Made by a program: the position numbers and the translations under genes. From the NCBI RefSeq assembly GCF_006345805.1, contig NW_021827504.1:1-28203 (forward strand): a stretch of 28,203 nucleotides of DNA, read 5' to 3'. The stretch is from Octopus sinensis (lineage: Eukaryota). Below are positions 10,000 to 20,625 of the stretch, one piece after another; within the stretch, counting starts at the first letter, position 1; every line of letters starts with the position of its first letter. The notes beneath the pieces are model-generated. The model made no database searches, was not told where the DNA came from, and saw only the letters and a program-made list of their open reading frames with translations.

Positions 10000-10290
10000 A
10001 CCGTTTCTAGTTCAGGTACATGACTAACAATTTTGAGGGGAGGGGCACAGTTGAATTCAGAATATCAAGAACCAAAACAAATATCACAGGTGATTTTCTT
10101 TTTCTTCCACTGCCCTAACCCTAACTCTCTGGAGGAGTGGGTTTTAATTAAATCTACTTTATTTTATTGATCCTGGAGGGATGAAAGGTAATGTTGGCTT
10201 TGGTAGCATTTGAACTCAGGACATAAAGTGCCATTTCAAATGCTGTAAGACATTTTTGTTTCATGCTCTGACAATTTTGTCAATCCAATA
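10000..10290 (-). mobile_element. Decayed type B SINE
   Basis: TTTATTGATCCTGGAGGGATGAAAGGTAATGTTGGCTTTGGTAGCATTTGAACTCAGGAC matches the same core. Confidence 0.6.
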
Positions 10291-10590
10291 ATATAATGCT
10301 ATTACTAATAATATAATTACTAATAGCAATAATATAATGCTATTAATTAATATTAACAACAACAAAATTAACAAGTATCAATGTAATGTTAGTTGTTGTA
10401 GAGAGAATATTTCTGTCAAATATTTGGTTTGAGTATTTCCTTATTTATTTTTGAAAAAAAAAATGATGATTGAAAGAATAAAAATGTATTTTCGAATAAA
10501 AAAACATCAAAAGAAACCAACTAAGAAGCTATCATCAAAAAAAAATTTTATGAAAAAATATTAAAATTTAAATATATATATATATACACG

Positions 10591-11371
10591 TGTAGTGTTC
10601 ATAATCGACAGAGTGTAAGTACCTTGAGAGAAAAGTTGAACTTAAGAAGCATCAGTTGTGGTGTGCAAGAGAGACGTTTGCGCTGGTATGGTCATGTGAT
10701 GAGAATGGATGAAGATAGTTGTGTGCAAAAATGGTACACCCTAGCAGTTGAGGGAACCTGTGGAAGAGGTAGACCCAGGAAAACCTGGGACGAGGTGGTG
10801 AAGCACGACCTTCGAACTTTAGGTCTCACTAAGGAAATGACTAGAGACCGAGACCTATGGAAGTATGCTGTGCGTGAGAAGACCCGGCAAGACTAGTGAG
10901 GCCATAACCCGTGGCCCCTACCTGGGACGTAGTCAGTCCACCTGTGCATACCTTCCTTCTTGGGACACTTGTGAAGACCTGTTGAGGCTAGTGAAAATCA
11001 AAATCAAACCAAATCAAAATAGATGAACATCAATGGAATTTGTATCATGTGGTACCAGTGCCGGTGGCACATAAGAAAACCATCTGAACGTGGCCGTAGC
11101 CAGTACCGCATCGACTGGCCTCCGTGCTGTGGGCACGTAACAAACACCATCCGATCGTGGCCGTTCGCCAGCCTCGTCTGGCACCTGTGTCGGTGGCACA
11201 TAAAATCACCCACTACACTCTCCGAGTGGTTGGCGTTAGGAAGGGCATCCAGCCGTAGAAACATTGCCAGATCAGACTGGGCCTGGTGCAGCCTTCTGGC
11301 TTCCCAGACCCCAGTTGAACCGTCCAACCCATGCTAGCATGGAAAGCGGACGTTAAACGATGATGATGATG
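10591..11371 (+). mobile_element. 5'-truncated RTE copy: ORF C-terminus (10624-10896), complete 3' UTR and (GAT)n tail
   Basis: RRLRWYGHVMRM...GRGRPRKTWDEVVKHDLRTLGL...EKTRQD*. Inverted match to 14404-15185. Tail GATGATGATGAT followed by (GTAT)n. Confidence 0.95.
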
Positions 11372-11760
11372 TATGTATGTATGTATGTATTTATTCTTGT
11401 TTTGAAGTCTTGAAATTTTTGATATTTTTGAAAAAAAGAAAATAGTGAGAAAAGGAAACAAGAAAGTGTAAAGCAAAAATAAAATAAGTTTAAAAAAAAC
11501 GGTTTCCAAAAGATTTGCTCTGAGATCCTCAATGTTAGTCACACATTTTTTCTTTTAATGCTATGAGCCAGAGGTGAATAAGAAAGCTATGTCGTAAACA
11601 ATTCTGTCTCTTACCGACAATAAACCTTCAATTTCTTTCCAATTAAAGATATATTCTGTGAAGTCTATTTATTCTGCACAAATTCTCAGCTTGAACTTAA
11701 GTATGTTTCTCCCCGTTTTTGCCTCTTTTATTTCATTATTTTATTTTCATTTGATATGTC

Positions 11761-12172
11761 GGCGCAGGAGTGGCTGTGTGGTAAGCAGCTTGCTTACCAA
11801 CCACATGGTTCCGGGTTCAGTCCCACTGCGTGGCATCTTGGGCAAGTGTCTTCTGCTATAGCCTCGGGCCGACCAAAGCCTTGTGAGTGGATTTGGTAGA
11901 CGGAAACTGAAAGAAGCCTGTCGTATATATGTATATATATATATGCGTGTGTGTGTTTGTGTGTCTGTGTTTGTTCCCGTAGCATTGCTTGACAACCGAT
12001 GCTGGTGTGTTTATGTCCCCGTTACTTAGTGGTTCGGCAAAAGAGACCGATAGAATAAGTACTGGGCTTACAAAGAATAAGTTCCGGGGTCGAGTTGCTC
12101 GACTAAAGGCGGTGCTCCAGCATGGCCGCAGTCAAATGACTGAAACAAGTAAAGGAGTAAAGAGTAAGAGTA
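11761..12172 (+). mobile_element. tRNA-derived CORE-type SINE (type A), full length
   Basis: A-box TGGCTGTGTGG, B-box GGTTCAGTCCC, CORE-like TGGCATCTTGGGCAAGTGTCTTCT, internal (TA)/(GT) run, tail (AAGAGT)n. Resembles octopus OR-type SINEs from memory. Confidence 0.9.
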
Positions 12173-12670
12173 TGTCGTATTTCATTTTATTTCTAAGGCA
12201 TTGAATTTACAGCAAATATTGATCATGTGTCAAATATTGAACATGTATTTGTCAATATTACGGAACTTACGAACCAAACTAGACAATTCTTGGTATAATA
12301 ATCAAAGAAGATCAAGTTCTTAGCTTTCGATTAATTTTTCATTCAGTTTTTGTTTCTTTTTTAAATAATTTTCTTCACATCTGTTTTACTTGTTTTTCTT
12401 TCCTTTTATTTCCAAACTGCTGACGGCCCTGTATAATTATTACTGAAAAACATAAAGAATTGTCTTTCCTACCGCTCAACTATGAGATGACAGTGGTGGT
12501 ATGTTTCACCATCTCCATCATTCTTGCAGCCGTATATTTTTTATCCATACTGGTATAGATTGGACAGTTGTCATGATCTAAATCTGCAGTTCTTGACCAT
12601 TTCTTTGACCTGAGGACTTCTTTGATTCCTACATCACTTGGGTGGACCCTTGAAGCCATTCAATGTTTAA

Positions 12671-12890
12671 CTCTTTAGCATTTAAACTTGCCACATCCAG
12701 TCCAAATACTCAATCTGTTTTATGCTCAGACTGGCCAGATTTGGCCTTTTACACTTATCCTACAGGGTCATTTTGCAAATAAACAATCACATCATCAAAA
12801 TCTCAAAGCTATGAAATAATGCATGATTAATTTAAAGTGATGTGAATATGTAAGCACTACATTTGACAGGGTAATCTGAAAGCTAAAGGG
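12671..12890. mobile_element. TTAA-flanked (piggyBac-type) MITE, 220 bp
   Basis: TTAA at 12667-12670 and 12891-12894. Left end CTCTTTAGCATT; reverse complement of right end CCCTTTAGCTTT. Internal palindrome GGCCAGATTTGGCC. Confidence 0.72.
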
Positions 12891-12924
12891 TTAAAAAAAA
12901 TCCTATTATATTTTTATAATTAAA

Positions 12925-13575
12925 TATTATTGATTTCAAATTTTGGCACAAGGCCAGTAATTTCAGGGGTGAGGTTAAGTCAATTACATTAGCTCCAGTA
13001 CTCAACTGGTACTTATTTTATCGACCCTGAAAGGATAAAAGGTAAAGTCGACCTTGGGAAAATTTGAACTCAGAATGTGAAAATGGATGAAACACCACAA
13101 AGCATTTCAATCAGTATACTCTCTTACTCTCTTACTTGTTTCAGTCATTTGACTGCGGCCATGCTGGAGCACCGCCTTTAATCGAGCAACTCGACCTCGG
13201 GACTTATTCCTTTTGTAAGCCCAGTACTTATTCTATCGGTCTCTTTTGCCGAACCGCTAAGTAACGGGGACCTAAACATACCAGCATTGGTTGTCAAGCA
13301 ATGCTAGGGGGACAAACACAGACACACAAACACGCACATGCATATATACATATATACATATATACAACAAGTTTCTTTTCAGTTTCCGTCTACCAAATCC
13401 ACTCACACGGCTTTGGTCGGCCCGAGGCTATAGTAGAAGACACTTGCCCAAGGTGCCACGCAGTGGGACTGAACCCGGAACTATGTGGTTGGTAAACAAG
13501 CTACTTACCACACAGCCACTCCTGCATGGTAACAATTTTGTCTATGCTAATAATTTTGTCAACTCGCCACCTTAA
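12925..13575 (-). mobile_element. Type B SINE split in two (12925-13107 and 13536-13575) by a type A SINE
   Basis: The body stops at AAGCATTT (13107) and resumes as ...ATGCTAATAATTTTGTCAACTCGCCACCTT after the insertion, colinear with 4590-4640. Confidence 0.78.
13117..13526 (-). mobile_element. tRNA-derived CORE-type SINE (type A), full length, inverted relative to 11761-12172
   Basis: Reverse complement aligns end to end with 11761-12172; about 7 differences in the first 126 nt by manual count. Confidence 0.92.
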
Positions 13576-13860
13576 ATAATGAAATATTATTAGGAATTGT
13601 ATAAAAAAAAGGGTTGTTAATATAGTTTATGGATTGTAGATGCATAACCAATTTATTACATGTAAATTCTAACAACAAAATCTTAGATGATCCACTCCTA
13701 CTACTGGTTCTAACTTCTTTCCTGGTGTTACTGAAGCAAGCTACATAACAGTTCTTTCCTTTGGAGTTCACAACATAATGAATGCCTATGACTTGAACTC
13801 ATAAACTTGTACACTGGTTCAATTATTCAGCAGCTTAATCTCACCAGTTGAGCAACTCTG

Positions 13861-14403
13861 TTTTATCTCTTACTTATTTTAGTCACTGGACTGTAGCCAT
13901 GCTGGAGGCTTAGTGGTTACAATGTTGAAGTAATGATCATAGGATTGTAGTTTTGATTCCTGGACCAAGCGACATGTCGTGTTCTTGAGCAAAACACTTC
14001 ATTTCACATTGCTTCGATCCAGTCAGATGGTAAAAACAAGTAATCCTGTGCTGGAACAGCGTCCTGTCCATGTGGGGGTATTTATATGCCATGGAAACTG
14101 AAAAACCAGCCCTTATGAGTTGACATGACTCAGAAGGTAACTTTACTTTTTGTTTGATTGCCTTGAAGGATTTGATTATACAAATTGATTTTAGTGCTTG
14201 TTTTTAAGTCTGGTTCATATGCTATCAGTCTTTTTTGCTGAATCACTAAGTTCCAGGGACATAAAAAAAGCCAACACTGGTTGACAAGCGGTAGTGAAGG
14301 AAAAACTCTAAAATGAAGATACACACATACATTCACATTCACATATGTATACACACACACACACATTATGGGCTTCCACTTAGTTTCTGTCAACCAAAAT
14401 TCT
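13861..14403 (-). mobile_element. Decayed type A SINE: tail at 13861-13905, body at 14151-14403, head missing at the RTE junction
   Basis: CTCTTACTTATTTTAGTCACTGGACTGTAGCCATGCTGGA matches 13128-13168; 14160-14400 matches 13172-13400. Confidence 0.65.
13906..14150 (+). mobile_element. Third tRNA-derived SINE (type C) nested in the decayed type A SINE
   Basis: A-box-like GGCTTAGTGG, B-box-like GTTTTGATTCC, CORE-like GTGTTCTTGAGCAAAACACTT, tail ACTTTACTTTT. Confidence 0.55.
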
Positions 14404-17240
14404 TCATCATCATCATCATCGTTTAGCGTCCGTTTTCCATGCTAGCATGGGTTGGACGGTTCTACTGGGGTCTGTGAAGCCAGAAGGCTTCATCAGGCCC
14501 AGTCAGATCTGGCAGTGTTTCTACGGCTGGATGCCCTTCCTAACGCCAACCACTCCATGAGTGTAGTGGGTGCTTTTTACGTGCCACCCGCACAGGTACC
14601 AGACAGAGCTGGCATACGGCCATGAACGGATGGTGCTTTTTATGTGCCACCGGCACGGAGGCCAGTCGGGGCGGTGCTGGCAACGGTCGCGAAACGGAAG
14701 GTTCTCTTACATGCCACCGGCACTGGTAACACATCTGCAATTTCCATTGATCGATTTCAATTCTGATCCTCACTTGCCTCAACAGGTCTTCACAAGTAGA
14801 GTTTTGTGTCCCAAGAAGGGAAGGTATGCATACGTAGGCTGGCTCCATCCCATGTAGAAGGCCACGGGTTATGAACTCACTTGTCCTGCCGAGTCTTCTC
14901 GCGCACAGCATACTTCCAGAGGTCTCGGTCTCTAGTCATTTCCTCAGTGAGACCTAAAGTTCGAAGGTCGTGCTTCACCACCTCGTCCCAGGTTTTACTG
15001 GGTCTGCCTCTTCCGCAGGTTCCCTCAACCGCTAGGGTGTGGCACTTTTCACACAACTATCTTCATCCATTCTCGCCACATAACCATACCAGCGCAAACG
15101 TCTCTCTTGCACACCACAACTGATGCTTCTTAGGTCCAGGTTTTCTCTCAAGGTACTTACACTCTGCCGAGTATGAGTACTGACATTACACATCCATCGG
15201 AGCATACTGGCTTCATTTCTTGCGAGCTTACGCATATCCTCAGCAGTCACGGCCCATGTTTCACTGCCATGTAGCATGGCTGTTCGTACACACGCATCAT
15301 ACAGTCTGCCTTTTACTCTGTGCGAGAGGCCTTTTGTCACCAGCAGAGGTAAGAGCTCTCTGAACTTTGCCCAAGCTATTCTTACTCTAGCAGTTACACT
15401 TTCAGCACACCCAACCCCGCTGCTGACTTGGTCACCTAGGTAACGGAAACTATCAACTATTTCTAGTTTTTCTCCCTGGAAAGTGACGGAAGTTGGTCTC
15501 AGAGCATTTTCAGTGTTTATTGTTCCTGAGCATCTGCCACATACAAAAACCATCTTCCTAGTTAGCCTTCCTTTGACATTGCTGCACCTCTTATGTGTCC
15601 ATAGCTTACACTTGGTGCATCTTATAGAGTTTCTACCTACACCTTTTCTACAGATCGAGCAGGGCCATCTACCTGAAGGCGTTTGTGATTTGTCTACCTT
15701 CCTACTGATTACGACTTTGGTTTTAGCTAGATTGACTCTGAGGCCCTTCGATTCTAATCCTTGTTTCCACACCTGAAACTTCTCCTCCAATTCTGATAGC
15801 GACTCAGCAATTAGAGCAAGGTCATCAGCATAGAGGAGCTCCCAGGGGCATCATGTCTTGAATTCCTCCGTTATTGCCTGGAGGACTATGATAAATAGGA
15901 GGGGACTGAGGACTGAACCTTGGTGGACCCCAACCTCTACCCGGAAATCTTCACTGTACTCGTTGCCAACTCTCACCTTACTAGCAGCGTCTCTGTACAT
16001 GGCTCGCACAGCTCTCACTAACCAGTCATCTATCCCTAGTTTCCTCATTGACCACCAGATAAGGGATTGGGGGACCCTGTCGAAGGCTTTCTCCATGTCA
16101 ACAAAAGCCAGGTACAGGGGCTTATCTTTGGCTAGGTATTTCTCCTGCAGCTGTCTTACCAGGAGTATAGCATCAGTAGTACTTTTCCCTGGCACGAACC
16201 CAAACTGCATCTCATCTAAACTAACTCTCTCTCTAATTAGTTGGGCTATAACCCTCTCCGTAACCTTCATTACCTGATCCAGCAGCTTGATATCCCTGTA
16301 GTTATTTGTATCTAGGGCGTCACCTTTACCTTTGTAGCATTTGACTATTATGCTGCTACACCAGTCATTGGGTATGACTCCTTTGTGTATCACCTGGTTA
16401 ACTATACGGGTGACTAGGTTATAGCCGACACTACCAGATATTTTGAGCATCTCTGCAGTAATTCCTGATGGGCCTGGGGCTTTCCCTGTTTTCATGCTTG
16501 TAATTGCCTTAACTACCAAGGAACTGTCAACTCGGATTGCTGGTCCCTCTGTTGGGTCAACAATCGGCAGACTCTCTTTATCCCATTCATTTTCCTCATT
16601 CAGCAATCTTTCATAGTGGCGTCTGCAAACCTCTCTCTTTGCATCATCATTTAGCGCAAGTGAGCCGTCATCCGTGCGAACACATTTCTCTCCTACCACG
16701 TCATGATTCTCTCTTACACGCTGTCTTGCTATACGAAATACCTCAAGTCTTTCATCTTCACGGCGCAGGACATTGGCAAATTTTTTCTTATCTGCTTCCC
16801 CTCTGGCTAAATAAACCTGCCTCCTAGCTTCCCTTCTTGCAGTCTGATACACTTCCCTTCTACCACCATTCTTCCAGTCCTTCCAAGCCTGTTTCTTTTG
16901 TCTAATAGCCCTGTCAACAATATTGTTCCACCACCACGTTATTTTGGGTCTTGAGGGGACTTTGCACCAGCCACAGATCTGGTCAGTTGCTTTCAGCAGG
17001 TTGTCCCTTAAAAGCATCCAGTTGTCTTCTACCCCATGTGTAGCTATACCCCCTTCTATTTCGTCAAAGGCTTCAAGTAACATGTCTCTAAATCTCTGTC
17101 CATTCGCAGGGTCTTTAAGCTTCCAGACCCTTCTTCTCCATGTTGGTCGTCTTCTAGTCATCCTCTAAGTCCTGATCCTAAAGTCACTAACTACCAGTAT
17201 ATGTTGTGGGGTACATTCTTCGCCTGGGAAGGTTTTGGCA
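14404..17240 (-). mobile_element. RTE-clade LINE, young copy 2: 5'-truncated, complete 3' UTR (about 470 nt) and (GAT)n tail
   Basis: Homology to copy 1 ends at 17240 (AKTFPGEEC). Stop of the restored ORF at 14877-14879. (ATC)n at 14404-14420. Confidence 0.96.
14877..17240 (-). pseudogene. RTE RT ORF of copy 2 (track ORFs 15851-17161 and 15032-15790 are one frame)
   Basis: All RT motifs present, including intact YADD. Lesions: TAG 17165-17167, GGA>TGA 15851-15853, 1-nt deletion in the T-run 15046-15049. Confidence 0.94.
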
Positions 17241-18050
17241 GGAAACCTATAAAAGGGGTAAAGCCAGAAAGACAAGGGACAAGCTGGTGAGAAATGATCT
17301 ACAGAGGTAGACTCTCTTTGAGAAGATAACAAAGGAGCAAGACTTTTGGTGGTTTGTTGTGCTTGAGGAGACACATCAAGCTAAATTACATAATGGTCAT
17401 CTATACATACAGGCATACCTTTTACACCTTCACATACACACATAATTCTATCCTCTGGCAAAAACCACTTACAATCCACCTCCCTAACAACCCCACCATC
17501 CGCTGCAGGCCTCTCCAGTTCTTCTCACCATTACTTGTTATACCTTTAAATATCACCCCTCACCATTATTCTCTTTGGATAGGTCCCCCCTCTCTCTCTC
17601 TGACTGTCTATATCTTTCTCTCTTCTACTCCCACTTCCCTCCCCTTTATTGTCCTACTGGGTTACCAGGTATCATCTCTGTTGTAAGACAGCTATCCCAG
17701 TCCCAATGTCATACTTCCACTTATCACCTGGCACATGGCCACTTCTCTTCGTTCCTCTCCTTCTCTCAACTGAGATGGTCTTGTCTTGCAAGCTACTTGG
17801 CAATGCTATGGGTGCTGGAGCCACATGAAAAGCATCTGTGCTGGCACCACATAAAAAAAAACCCATGCTGAAACCAAATTAAAAGCTCCTAGTACATGTT
17901 GTAAAGTGATTGGCATTATGAAGGGCATCCAACTGTAGAAACTATGCCAAAATAGAAGACGGGAGACTGGTGAAGCCCTCTGATTTACCAGCTCTTGTTA
18001 AACATGGAAAACATATATCAAGTAATGATGGTGATGTTGATAATGATGTA
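17241..18050 (+). mobile_element. Older RTE 3' fragment (ORF C-terminus, CT-rich 3' UTR, decayed GAT tail)
   Basis: 17250-17385 translates to RGKARKTRDKLVRNDLQR...KITKEQDFWWFVVLEETHQAK, compare GRPRKTWDEVVKHDLRT...EKTRQ. 17900-18050 matches the RTE 3' UTR and ends in GATGGTGATGTTGATAATGAT. Confidence 0.72.
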
Positions 18051-18355
18051 GAAGGTAACAACTTCAGACTTGGAGAGTTAAAAGGACTTGGAGACACAAA
18101 CCAATCTGGAAAATATCCAGTTTAAGAGCAATTACTTCTTGATCATGGAATAGAGTAAATAAATTTTCATCCTCATTTCTAAGCAGATGGAATGTTTTTT
18201 TTAATGCAAAAAATACCTAAGTACACCCTACTCTTCACCAGGGTGGGTGAGTGTAAATATAAACCCCTTTCCCCCATCCTCTGTTATTTTTTTTAAAGTT
18301 TTCTCAAAATTATAAAAGTTGTGATAATGAAAATTTGTGATTTTCATTTTTAATA

Positions 18356-19647
18356 CGAGGGGCGTTCAATAAGTAATGCCCCTGACCCACTTCCCATAGC
18401 AGTAGAGCAACGGAACTTGGCACAGTCATTAGTCTTTTTCTACATAGGAACCACCCAGAGTTACGCATTTCTCCCATCGTTTGATGCAGCTCTGAAGACC
18501 GTTTTTGTAGAAGACCCCAGCTTGGTCCTCCAACCACGACGTGACTTCAGAAATCAAGGCTGCATCATTTGGGAAAAGCTTTCCTTTCAAAATCAACTTC
18601 ATGACTGGGAAGAGGGGAAAATCAGAGGGTGCAAGGTCAGGAAAGTAGGGGGATGGGGGAGGAGTTCATAGCCATACACCTGTGCTTCTGATCTGGCGAC
18701 AAGCGAGTTGTGGACCGGACCATTGTCCTGCAGGAGGAGGAGGCCTTTGCTGATCTTGCCCCGCCTCTTGATTTTGATAACTTCTCTTAATTTCCTCAAA
18801 AGTGAAGCATAATAGGCTCCTGTAATTGTGGTACCCTTTGCCAGGAAATCTGTCATCACTACTCCGTCCTGGTCCCAGAAGACTGTGAGCATGACCTTGC
18901 CAGTGGAGGGCTGCACCCTTGCCTTCTTTGGAGAGGGTGAGTCACGGTGCTTCCACTGCATTGACTGGGCTTTGGTCTCTGGATCATCGTGATGGACCCA
19001 GGTTTCATCTTGTGTAATCAGTCTTTTGAAAAAATTTTGACTCATCTTCTTGGCACATCTCCAAATTCATCCTCGAGCACTCGACGCGTTCTTGCTTCTG
19101 GAAAGGCGTGAGCAACCTGGAAATCCATCTGGCAGACACCTTTTGCATATGCAAATGGTCATGCATGATATTTTCCACAGACCCGCTACTAATCTTGACC
19201 TTATGGGCTATTTGGCGAATAGTTATGCATTGACCTTCCAAAATGGCAGCCTCAACTTGACGGACAGGCGTCTCATCAACGGCAGAAGGGGGCGACCAGA
19301 TCTGGGAGCTGTTTCCACAGAGTTCCGACCATGTTTGAATTCCCGATACCAGCGTTTTACAAGGTCATATGATGGGGCATCATCACCATAAGTTACTTTC
19401 ATTTCATCAAAAGTCTCCTGTGGTGTGCGTCCTTTCAAATACAAAAACCGGATCACTGCTCGACACTCGACAGGCACCACGTCACACTTGACTCAGTTCA
19501 AACACCTGTAAATCAGAAACCACAATTAGTTCAGAGCTGTAATTTGTCACTTACTCTATAGAGATATAAATGATCGCACATGCAAAATTTCAGCTAGATC
19601 AAACAACTGCAAGTGGGTCAGGGGCATTACTTATTGAACGTCCCTCG
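18356..19647 (-). mobile_element. Full-length mariner DNA transposon (1292 bp), TA target-site duplication
   Basis: 37-bp TIRs at 18356-18392 and 19611-19647 (CGAGGG(G/A)CGTTCAATAAGTAATGCCCCTGACCCACTT, 1 mismatch). TA at 18354-18355 and 19648-19649. Confidence 0.97.
18429..19480 (-). pseudogene. Mariner DD34D transposase with three single-base frameshifts
   Basis: HTH (RAVIRFLYLKG...PRSGRP), WISRLL (for WVPRLL), ITQDETW, LLQDNGPVH, HPPYFPDLAPSDF, with 34 residues between the 2nd and 3rd Asp. Ends YVEKD* at 18429. About 350 aa if restored; start is GTG. Confidence 0.95.
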
Positions 19648-20625
19648 TACTTGTAACACATTTTTGGAGCTTTTCTATATTCATGCATGCATTCTTTAAA
19701 TTTTGGAGGTCTGCCACCATATTCCAACCCTTTCAAATTTTGTTTTCTGCTACGGAAAGTGCACCCATGAGTATGCAGCCTATTAATGCTTTAAGTGCAT
19801 TTTCTTTTTAGCAATTTGATACTAAGTTATATGCATATTTTCAAGTGCCATGCAATATTTTTAGGCTAATTAAGAAGTCACACACACAAAGTAGCAGATT
19901 CACTGACAAGTTTTGGTATTTTCAGAAGGTATCCTAGAAGTGCTAATGTCAGCAAAACTTATGACATCACAGCAGCCAATTCAATACAAAAACTAAAAGA
20001 ACTTGTGTCGGCCTTCCATTGTGAAATTTCAAGCTTATATCAAATTCTATCCCACTTTCTCTTTCCTTATGTGGTTGAATGATTGAAATTTCTTTATTTT
20101 CAATATCGATAGGCAAATAACAACAAACTGCTACCAAACCTAACTTCTCAGTCTTGCTCTATGAAAATATACGGTTATTTCAGATCTTGGATAATGAATA
20201 TTTCATCTCTCTACTCACTGACAAATTAATTTCAACTTAGATTGGTAAATTTCACGGTGGAATATTCTATCATGCAATATCAACTGAATCCATTTCTAAT
20301 ACCCACCCACTGCTCACCATCACTTCTGCAAAGCGACTCAAGCATATGCATAAATGCTTTGTTTATATCTTTTATTATATTTTTTTTACCCACGAGCATG
20401 TACACAGAAGTATGGAACATATTTGTAATGTATGTGCATACACTTGAATGAAGGCTTTCCGGCACTGAAGGAAATTAAAACTGCAATGGTAACATTGTTT
20501 TTGACACTAAACACAAGGACCTGCAGCCTCTAGGCATGTGACCCCAAAAATCTTTCTCTTTCATTAACTGAAAGCATTCTTCAAGACTCCTTGGTTCTAC
20601 AGGCACAGAGACAGGTAGATATGTA

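Noticed and set aside
11560-11680. Protein-like minus-strand reading DFTEYIFNWKEIEGLLS followed by GTAAG; similar isolated splice-like motifs near 6716, 19926 and 20315
   Set aside because: In-frame stops close by, weak or missing partner splice sites and no recognisable domain; cannot support a host exon without transcript data.
11761-11830. tRNA gene (A and B boxes present); likewise at 13455-13526
   Set aside because: No acceptor-stem closure, and the head runs straight into a CORE domain and SINE tail.
12447-12557. Hydrophobic plus-strand peptide (MTVVVCFTISIILAAVYFLSILV) resembling a transmembrane helix
   Set aside because: Very short, no acceptor AG after the pyrimidine tract, and hydrophobic readings are common in T-rich DNA.
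18215-19780. Possible MITE enclosing the mariner (TACTC at both ends)
   Set aside because: Match limited to about 5 bp, with no convincing TIR or TSD.
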